A stretch of 33,232 nt of DNA, taken from assembly GCA_032718475.1 (NCBI GenBank), contig JAUCBJ010001664.1, positions 1-33,232 on the forward strand, given 5' to 3'. Shown here one piece after another: positions 21,991 to 31,865 of the stretch (positions are counted from its first letter, which is position 1; every line of letters begins with the position of its first letter). The translations under genes and the position numbers were made by a program. A model generated the notes under the pieces. It was not told the origin of the DNA, ran no database searches, and saw only the letters and a program-made list of their open reading frames with translations. The DNA is from Nemertoderma westbladi (taxonomy: Eukaryota > Animalia > Xenacoelomorpha).

Positions 21991-24900
21991 TGTGTGAAAA
22001 CTTTACATTCCCAACACTTTTATTATATGTAAGACGAAGAACTGCTCCAACAAATAATAGTAATTCCTCAGGCTCCAAGCTCATACGATCGATTCGAGTT
22101 TTGGAATAACCTGTAGCTGGCTTCCATCGCAAGTTATCGTAAACTTTATCTACTGCTGTCATATGCTGAACAACAATGCCAGGTTCATGAACCTTCTCCT
22201 CAAGAGAGTATTTTATTACTTCTTGTTCTCCTAATTTAGTTGAAACAACACGCATGGCATGCTCTGGTACATCGTCCCATGTTGGTGGAAATTTGGCATT
22301 ATTAGAAATGATCATGACTATATCTTCTATAACATCTGGGGGAATAATTGGGAAGCGGATCACCTCGAGGACAAACTGTAGGTTACGGTCTGCTGTGCAT
22401 CGAACATATTCTTTCAGTAGTATTACCTTAAATGCAGTTCCTAAATGGATTGATGTCCAGAATGGTTTTCCATCAATGGGGGGTAGTTGGTATGGGTCTC
22501 CATTTGCAATTACAAGTTTACCTCCAAAAGGTTGGTCTGTGTTCATTATGTGCTTCATTACTGTATCCAAAACACCATACTGTTCTGCAGAAATTAGTCC
22601 AATCTCCTCAATAACTAAAACATCCATTCTTTGTAATAGAACCATTTTTTTAGCGTCAGAACATTGTAGCGCCTTAATAGTATGTGATGCCATTAAGTCA
22701 GGTGAAAGTTTTTTTCTTGGTAACCTCTAAGGGAAATAACTGGTGTAAGTGTATTCCTCCTAGTGAATGTGCCCTTTCAGATGTTAAAGATGTCAATACC
22801 ACATTCAATCCGCAAATCAGCATAGAGGGAAACTGCTTGCACTAGAAATGTCTTACCTGCTCCTGGTGGGCCAACAAAGCATGGAAAACGATTGGAAAGG
22901 TGGGTTGGATCCTTGAATTCGTCTATTGTATTCTTTGCCTTGTTGAGAGCAATACCCTGCTCAATTATGCTGGCCTCTGACTGATGAGGAACTGTTGGTA
23001 AAATAGGATCCCAGAATATTGGACTTTCAACTGTAGCTCCTACCACTTCGGTTATATTTGGTACATCATCCATCTTGGGAGCCATGCCACCAATAAGATT
23101 CTTTGACAATGTTGTACGACGCTCCATCTCAATAATGTTAATAACCTCCTCGGCCTTCTCCTTTATGGCTATTTCAGAAACATCTGGGAGATCACTGGTA
23201 TATTCCTCACCTCCACCCAGTACAGAATCAATGGCTTCTTTGGACAGTTTGACATATTCTTGGAATTGTCTTTTACGGAGAGGGAGATGGATGCAGAGCT
23301 CATAAAGATATCGCCTAAGAACTGCTGTAATTTCCTCTTGAACTATATTATTTCAGTCTCGAATAAGTCCTACACTTTGGAACGGTATATGGAAACCTGT
23401 GGTATTATCAAATATATCAAATTCTGTCTCATAAGTACCTAATGCTAGTATAATATGGTATATGAATTTAATTCGTTCCCTTGGATGTACATATTTCACT
23501 ACTGGTATAACTTCACCACTTTCACTTTCATCTACAAATATTTTAGTCGTTGGCTGTTCTTCTGCATTGGCTTCTGTGTCCAGGCATTGAGGAGGCAATG
23601 AAGGAAATCTAAACTACATTGAATAATAACCGGTTCATGTATTTCTCCAAGTGTGTTAACATAAGCTCTAAGTTTTTCGATTCCAGATCGTCTCAATTTA
23701 ATATTGTTACCACAGCCATCATAAAGAGGTATTGTCAAAGGATCGCAAAGAAATATATCATATCATATTAGGAACAACAATCTCGTGATATAGAGCAAGT
23801 TTCTTTATAGCTAGCAACTCTGGTGGACGGATATTATCTCTGTATTATGGTGTATAAAATCCGATGACAAATACTCACGAGCATGCCATTCTTGTGCTGG
23901 AGAAAATCGACCCAATGGTGGTACAAAATCTCCTATAGACCCCGGATTTGTGCGATCTTCCTTTGCATCATAGTTAGGAGGAACATACCAACACCGATAT
24001 TCTGGTGGATTAGTGTTTATATGTACGAATTTACAAGTACTGAATGTGTATGGCTCCTCCATAATATACCATATCAGTTCTGGGATACCGATCGCTGTAG
24101 TTGCCATGCCTTGCAGTTCTTTACGTAATTTATCTAGTATAAGGCGTTGTCCCGAAATTTTCTCATTTTCAAGCGTTGATGTCTGCACCTTAACAACTTC
24201 TGGCTCCTTTGTTCCTTTGAGTATTGCCTTTGGTCGACTTTCTTTGCCAACTTCGTACTTGATCAGATAAGAAGTCATGAAACGACTATCGCATGCTTGA
24301 CAATTAAAACATGATCGTAGAAATAGTTGCAGTATAGGAATGGTTGGTAAAAATGTAGGGGGTGATTGTGTCGGGTATTGAAAGCGGCCACCAATGAGAC
24401 GTTTTGTGGCAAATTCTGTATAATGCAACATTAACTATCTTAATTAGTAATTTATTCTAATTAGCCCTTTGACAATATCACACCATAACTCATTGTATAC
24501 AGTCCTATTCCTACAGTAGAATGTGCATTGTTTGTACAGTAGTTAGTAATACGTTCAGCTGTAGTAAGTGAATGTAGTAAATTAGTTATATATATTGGAC
24601 TTGAATCAAGATTTGTGTGCGTTACTCATGTATTCATTATATTAGTATTGTATTGAAAAAACGCCCCAATTTTGTTTATTTGAAACTTCCTGTCTTTATG
24701 ACAAACTCATTTGACTTTGGTCAAACCAATTTACGCATTACGTTTATCCAGTTTCACTTTCGTTCGATATTCTCCATATTCATATACTTCTTCATGTTCA
24801 GCTAATGTAGTAGGATTGCAGTGAATTTGCTCTAAGGTTGTAGTCCTGTCTTCTGGCCACAAGGAAATACCAATATGAATGTGACATTTATTACCTGGTG

Positions 24901-27345
24901 CCCCTTGATCTTGAAACTCGATACGTGAGAAACTATGACGGTGCGGCCCGCAAACCTCATCTGGATTCGTCTGAAGATACTGAATAAAGTATTTTAGGAA
25001 TCTGGCCCAAGCGCGATTAACAAATAATATGTTAGACAAGTACACTCTTCCAAATATTTGTGTTCAAATATTTCCTTCATCCATCGAACAAGAGTTGCTA
25101 CTCCCGGAGTTTCACTTTCATTACACGTAACTGTCACAAAATAATCCCATGGATAACGTTTCACCATTGCTGCAAGCTCTCGCACTTTCATAGATGATTC
25201 ACTCTCACTGTAAGGTAAGCCAGAATCTTGACGTTGTACATGAAGGCTTTATTTCTCAGCCAAATGTTCCAATCCACGCCAATAAACCATTGCTGATGAA
25301 TTATTGTTAAGGGCATCATTGAGTTTAAGATCAAACGCCCAGTGTATGTTAGAGAGTTGATGAGAGGTAGGCAGGTCACCATCACATAGGTTGATCTTGA
25401 GAATCTCAGATGTTTTACGAGGAGCAAATTGCATTTTTGAAATTCTTTGAAATAGTTGAGATTGTGGTGCAGCACCAAAAGGAGAATTATCTGTCATTGC
25501 CCAATAAGTGCTTGGTAACAACTGCACTGAAGGAAATAGAAGGGAGACAGCAGGATTCGATGTATTAGAGGCAAAATGATGGAGTAACTGTTGTTCCTTT
25601 GCACTGGAATATTTACGACGACCACGTCTCAAGGTCCCATATGTATCGTTTAAAAGAATATGGCTACCAAATCCTGTATAATCTTCTGCACTAATAATAG
25701 GAGTTAATTCCGACCGTGTATGTAGTAGATCCAGAGTTTCACATATTCTAAGAGTCCTTCATTATCATTATCAGATGTATTAATATCGTTATGTAAAATA
25801 TCATATATAATTCCATCATTTAGATCTTCTGTAACATCTTCTTGCAAAGCTTGATGTACTATGGTATTAGAGTTTATTAACACAGGATCCAAGGTAAGGG
25901 TATTGATGTCATTCCCAAAGTGTTGACGCCAAATCCTTGTTCCACAAGTAAGCCCAGTGGTCAATGATGCACAGCCATATATAGCCTTTCGTTCACAACT
26001 ACGATGGTAACATACTCGTTTGGTGTCACGACTTTCCTTAACCAAAAAATCATTATGTAGTTCATTGCCACATTTATAGTTAGTTTGCCCTCCAAGAGCC
26101 CGCGTCACATAATCATTCGACAAAGTATCATCTACTGCAAAACCATAAATGGCAATTTGCCAGTTAGAAATTATATGATAATCTACCTCTTTCCTTACAA
26201 CTTTACCCTTAACCGACCACCATTGCAAAGTATCTTTCCAGCGAAATAAGGCACCTTCTTATTTTTTGGATGAGAGAGTCATTAAGAGTGGGCGATTATT
26301 ATTCAGTTCAGTGGGTAAAACAAAATCTCGTACACGCGAATTTATTTGCTTAATAATAACAACTAAATGATCTGTTGGAGTATCATTGGGAACTATGTCA
26401 AAAGAAGGGTTTTCATTGCAGATTATTGTAACTTTTTCAGTGAGAGCATCCAATATTTTTGCAACTAACAATGCCTGGGATACATCACCATTAATAGTAG
26501 ACCTAACACCAATGAGTTCTTTACTTAAAAGGGAATTGGTTAATGTAGAGGATGTATGGTTATTGAAATGACCAGGGAATGCAAAAGATGATAAAACTTC
26601 TGTTACAAATGAATTCCTACATTCGACTGCCTTCAATATGGCATAATTGTAGACTTGACAACAGTGAAGTCTTTTCCATAATACATATGCGTCAGATGAG
26701 TTTATATAAGATCCTCTGGCCTTGCAGGCTGCGATTTTGTCAGTATTGTTATGGGAACTCATATTAAATTGTTTGATTAATTCCGATTAATTTATTTGGA
26801 TCATTTAACAAGTTTTGTCGAATATCTGGACGGCTAGATATAAGGAAACGGTCCATATAACGTTGTTCAAACGGATTGTTATCTACATCTGCATTAGGAA
26901 TAAGAGAGAAAGAGGAAATTCCATGATAGCCACCCACTGCATAAATAACATACGAAGAGCCATAATATGTATTAAAACGAGCCTGTCTAACAACATTGGG
27001 TGTGAGAGTACAAGGTGCAAGAGTGTCATATGCTTGATTATCATGCTGTTCCGATATTGGATTGCGTGGAATAAAAAGGGTCGATTGTTTCAAGTTCTTA
27101 TGCTCCCTACAATAAAGTATACTTAACCCATTCTTCTCGGATATTACAACTGTTGGTGCAATAAAGTATCCTAAATAGTTGGTACCTACTGATGGCCAGT
27201 CAGGGCGCGATGACCTCAATAATTCTGGTTGAGAATTAGGAATATGGAATTCGTATATATAAGAGATAAAATGATGAATAGGCATTTCCTGGCAGTATTC
27301 GCTATCTATGTATTGCCAACAACCAAAAGGGCACTTAACTTCAGG
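21991..27345 (-). pseudogene. Helitron-like Rep/helicase (HUH Y2 endonuclease + PIF1/SF1B helicase) with a long Cys-containing N-terminus; frameshifted and 3'-truncated
   Basis: Rep motifs: I YFVTVTCN (~25120-25143), II RIEFQDQGAPGNKCHIH (~24875-24926), III SYLIKYEVGK (~24243-24272). Helicase motifs: Walker A GPPGAGKT (22849-22872), LGGIHLH, Walker B VLVIEEIG, PFGGKLVIANGDPYQLPPI, LKEYVR. All pieces are collinear on the minus strand. Confidence 0.88.
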
Positions 27346-27499
27346 TGTGATATTATATTACATTATTATATTACATAATATTTCTGGAACATTTTATTTA
27401 TGAATGAATAACAGTAGATATGTATACATTATACGCTTACCACTGTTGCCAACCAACTAATAAAATAAATAACACGTTCTATAATTTTATGTATTTATT

Positions 27500-27669
27500 G
27501 GAGAAAAAATGGCCTAAAGCGAACGATAATTCTTGCAATCTTTGAAAGCCTATATCTCAGCTGTTTCTCATCGAAATTCAGATATATTTACATATTTAGT
27601 ATTTTCTAATGATATGAAAAAATTACAACTAATGTGAAGAATGGCACAATTTCATAAATGACACTTTAA
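27500..27669. mobile_element. Possible single end of a TTAA-specific (Kolobok-like) DNA transposon
   Basis: MITE-like sequence (CCTATATCTCAGC...CGAAATT) ending GACACTTTAA. No partner end was found. Confidence 0.3.
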
Positions 27670-28000
27670 ATTATAACTTATAAAATTATAAAAATTATTA
27701 ACTTATAAAAATTTAAAGGCAAAATAAAAAATTCTGGTTTCATGGTGACAGTACATAGCCTTCATGTAACAGCATACATGAGTACGACTGCACATTAATT
27801 GAACACAATAAATTGGCCTTCAGTGAGTCTTTTTGTGGTTGGTATATCAGAATCAGGCCACTTAAAACTGATAGAAATGTTGCACGTGCCACGGTGGCGG
27901 TAGATATTTAAGGGGGGTAGGTAGCACCCCCAAATGTCACATTTTGGTGTCTCTGGACCCTGTGGTATAATGAATTCGTTTCATTCAGAAAAACATTTGA

Positions 28001-28177
28001 GTTACAAAATTGAGTTCCTGGTTACGAATTTGAGATCCTGGTTACAAATCTGAGTTTCCGGTTACAAATCTGAGTGTCCCTTAACAAATTGGAGTTCTCA
28101 TGTACAAATCGGAGGACCTGGTTACGAATCTGTATTCCCAGTTATGAATAACTGCATCAGTTACGAAGTTGAGTTCC
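28001..28177 (+). repeat. 20-bp minisatellite, about 9 degenerate units (GTTACAAATYTGAGTTCCTG)
   Basis: GTTACAAAATTGAGTTCCTG, GTTACGAATTTGAGATCCTG, GTTACAAATCTGAGTTTCCG, GTTACAAATCTGAGTGTCCC and further units at a 20-bp period. Confidence 0.9.
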
Positions 28178-28282
28178 TTCCCTCGCCTGATATTAATTAA
28201 AAGATACAACTACGTATTAGAGCAGTCAACTGTACAGGTACAGTCAGCAGTAGAAAATAACAATATATATTCCAAGGTTTTT

Positions 28283-28372
28283 AGTTATTTTACGAGTTAT
28301 TTACCCGCGGAGTAGATGTTTACCTGAGGCGAAGCCGAGGGCAAGCATCCCAGTATAACTCGTAAAATAACT
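28283..28372. mobile_element. 90-bp foldback element with perfect 18-bp inverted ends (MITE or Crypton-like non-autonomous element)
   Basis: AGTTATTTTACGAGTTAT (28283-28300) pairs with ATAACTCGTAAAATAACT (28355-28372). The centre contains GAGGCGAAGCCGAGG. Confidence 0.7.
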
Positions 28373-28417
28373 GCTAGATGTTCTGATGTACTGCAGGATT
28401 ATAAATGATAAATCAAT

Positions 28418-29005
28418 CTATGTGAGACGAGTTGACTCAGATTTAGAATAACCAAGAGATTCACCTCGAATGTATATTATTGGTAAGTACTCGTTTGGAA
28501 CTCCAATATGTAATTTGCTATTAGATACAATGATATTTCTGAAATATATGACCTTGTTGAGAGATAGTGAATTATTGTTATGTTGAGTAGATTTTTCTGA
28601 CTGGTGTTCCAATGTTTCTTCAATGTTATCGTCAATGCTTTGGGATGTACAGCTATTGCACTCATCTTCAATGTTCTTAATATATGTATTGATGATACTG
28701 CTGCTGCTAGTGCTGGTACTACCAACACTAATTTCAGAATAGCTCGGGCTCACCAACCTGTGTTCCTTGTTTTCATCGCTTGACTCTGTTCGCCGCCTTT
28801 TTAATATAATTGGCTGCAGAGATGTTCCACAAGATGTGCCGCTATTTAAAACGTATTTGCATGATAGAAGATTGGGGTGATTGAAATTCTTTTGGGTGTA
28901 CTTGTTTGCAAATTTAGTTTCTATGGCAGTGGGTGTATTATCTAACATTGGCAATGGTGATGGTGTCTGTTGTGGATCTTCCCCAAGTGGAAGTCCATTT
29001 ATGGC
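28418..29005 (-). other. Orphan 178-aa ORF (Ser-rich, C-x8-C motif, basic KRRR); probably a TE gene fragment
   Basis: Uninterrupted protein-like ORF in AT-rich DNA. No family recognised. Confidence 0.35.
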
Positions 29006-29132
29006 ATGGAAAAATAATGGTATACTAAAATACGGAAAGATACTGTATATTGAATATCAAGTTGACACTAGTTAGAATACATTCTTTAACAACTACATAT
29101 TACGTACTGCACAAACTGCGAGGTCAACATAG

Positions 29133-29311
29133 TGTTAGTCTAATTAATTTGTACATTACTGTTAATTAATGGCTTCTATGGATAGACCTTTATGCGGATT
29201 TATTTCTTAAACAAACATTGTATACTTAGTGTGTGGTTAATCTATTTAAACAATGTATTGCAATTTACTACTACGTATTGGTTTCATTATTACAGATCAC
29301 ATTACATAACA
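29133..29311 (-). repeat. Putative 3' LTR (~150-180 bp) of the BEL/Pao element
   Basis: On the minus strand the PPT AAAGGGGGAG (29312-29321) is followed immediately by TGTTAT, and AATAAA lies at ~29199-29204. Candidate TAACA ends are at 29160 or 29133. Confidence 0.6.
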
Positions 29312-30335
29312 CTCCCCCTTTGTTCACGATGCAATAGAACAAAATATCAGTGCATTTTAAGTTAATGAAGGTAATATGCTAAATGAGAATTTAAGTCTAC
29401 AGTATATATAATATATTTGTACAAATGAATTAAATAATGCAATAATTTATAACCTAATAACCATATCTACCATTTATACCAAAACAAAATTAATATACCG
29501 TATTTATTATTATAATTAATAAATAATGCAAACATCACGTAATTAACTTTACTACATACGATTAATGACACAAATAATATTATAAACAACACCAATTGAG
29601 TTTTTATCAACGGTACTACATAGTGGAGTCGTTTACCGTTAAATAAATAATTTTACTTTACTAGAAAAGCATTTCGTTTACATAATATTACATAATAAAT
29701 TCATATTTAATCTTCCAACAAAACAAATATAGGAGTCTACTGTACTACTTACTGTACACATAACTGTATTACCTACAAAATGCAAAACAGTAGTTGCAAA
29801 ATTTGCTTATTTGTAAATGCCAACTTTTATTTTTTTGGCATTTCTCGGCAACACATCGCGAGTACGTCCAACGGCATGATGTACTCGGTAAAGCTTACAT
29901 GTCATTTTTTTGATTTGGGATAATTGTGACTTTACTGTTGCTGACTTTGTCTTTGAATTTGTTTTTTCAAATATTTCAAAATATTTGGTTTATTGTAAGT
30001 CTGTTGTTTTGCGACAGTTGATATTTCCTCTTTGTCGTTTTCGTTAACTTCTAATGGAATTACTTGTTTGATTGATCTGATAAGTTTATTGCTTTCTTTC
30101 TTTCATTTTGCGACTGATATTTGTACTGCTCTACATTTCCCACCCTTGCTTAATGATAATTTTTTTACTTTACATAATTTCCAATTCCTTCAAATCTGGT
30201 TGTTTCCATTAATTTGAAAAATGCTGGTTACTTGCACTTGTCATTTCAGCCCTGAAAACGGCAGATGCGTTGTTCACCTGCAATAAAATAAATGCCGTTC
30301 CTTCAAATCTAGTTGTTTTCATTAATTTGAAAAGA
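29133..30335 (-). mobile_element. BEL/Pao LTR retrotransposon 3' remnant (post-integrase DUF5641-type domain, UTR, PPT, LTR)
   Basis: 30046-30230 reads QHFSN*WKQPDL / RNWKLCKVKKL..SKGGKCRAVQI / LIRSIKQVIPLEV, matching the BEL C-terminal 'W.LG.V...DG..R...RP...L.PLE' pattern. A ~36-bp duplication lies at 30185 and 30297. Confidence 0.7.
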
Positions 30336-31510
30336 AGTGCTGTATTACCAACACTTTTCATATAACATGCTGGCTGCTGGGTGCCAAAATTTCGAAATTT
30401 CGCAAAATTCCAATTTACGACTGCACACATCAGTGTAAGCCAATATATGCGCCAATGTAATCAGCACCCCAAAAATTATCATATATGTAGTGTTAATTGT
30501 ATTTCAAATGTAGTGCTTTTTTCCTGTCCCATCACTTTCCATCCCGTCATATGCAACATAATCTTTGGCAATCCATTACTCCTGTCGTATACATTCAATT
30601 TGTATAATTAACCAATTTTCAATTGTCAACATTATTGGCAAAAGGCTCATGCAAAAGCTGAATTCTGACGCGATGTATAATTCAGAGCAATTTTAACTTT
30701 CATTTTGGTAACAAAGTGGAGGTAATCCTGCGTTCCCTCATGTCACATTTGAATTTCAGTCAACTATTCAAACAAGGCTTCACATATGAAACCGGTTCTT
30801 ATGGCGCAAAGTAGATGGTACAACATTTATTCGATTAATATTAAAACATGTGCCACAACTAACACAGCAATTAAGTACCGGCCTCTCAAAGTTGCAATTT
30901 TCCATCCATCACAAAACTCTAGTTTCAGATCACGCCCAAGAGGAATTGCACTTTGAGATGCTATGCTGGCTTAACAAAAATATTTGAAACCACCACACAA
31001 TTCATAATTGGCAAGCCCAATGTACCGTGCATTAAGAATGCTATGCCGGGTTATCAACAAAACCACTACAAGTCGCTTGCGAGGCCAGTAGCTATGGTCT
31101 AGAGTAAAACAAACTTGATGTGAAAAATGCACTAAGTTATCATCGCAAAATGAGGAATACACGTCACATCAATCGAATCTGGTTTTGTGCTATTGCCCAT
31201 CCGTGATCAATGACACAGAGAATGGACATACATAAAATAAAACGGAGTCGGCCTTCATGGTACCAGACAGCAGAGACAAAATTCAGCTAAAATATCGCAA
31301 CCTTAAGTCATGTTGGATTTCTCCTGAACTGTTAACAAATCTAAGGTTAATATTTGACAGCCAATTGTAATTTAAGGAACACATTAAATTAACCATTGCA
31401 ACAACAACATATTATTTGCGTTCAATATAAGATCAGACACTACCTTCCCTACCAAAAGTGCCTTACTTAGTAATTCAAATCCGGTCGTTTATTCAATTTA
31501 TTATATTGTT

Positions 31511-31800
31511 GTGATAGCAACATGTTCTGGATCAGTTTTACAATGTATGCGCATAATTCTGGAAAGTCTCCTGTTTACCAAGGTAAATGGTATAAGTGTG
31601 TACAACTCAGTCATTCAACGACTTGACTACACACCCTGCTGCAACTGGCTCCATGTTCAAGATCAAATCAGATACAAGCACCTGTTGTTTTCCTTCAAAT
31701 ACTGAAACAATTTGGCTCCATCTTATATAATCTGAAAAACAGCCTGTCATCAGTCTAAGGTCACTCCATCAAATATTACAAAGTTGAATAACCATCAGTG
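31511..31800 (+). pseudogene. L2-like LINE ORF2 C-terminal fragment
   Basis: DYTPCCNWLHVQDQIRYKHLLFSFKY*NNLAPSYI matches the L2 C-terminal 'TP.L..LHWL.V..RI.YK.L...K....AP.Y' pattern. Confidence 0.65.
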
Positions 31801-31865
31801 CTTCCTACTCAGACTTTACATGGTGGGCCACAACCCTGTTTGGCCGGGGGTCTATGAATGGGATG

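Noticed and set aside
22254-22730. 158-aa plus-strand ORF and similar plus-strand ORFs across 22-27 kb
   Set aside because: Antisense shadows of the Rep-helicase.
21908-23127. Host PIF1 helicase gene
   Set aside because: It is collinear with HUH Rep motifs and disrupted, so it is element-borne rather than the cellular pif1.
28001-28177. CRISPR-like periodicity
   Set aside because: Contiguous degenerate 20-bp units with no unique spacers and no cas genes, in a eukaryotic context.
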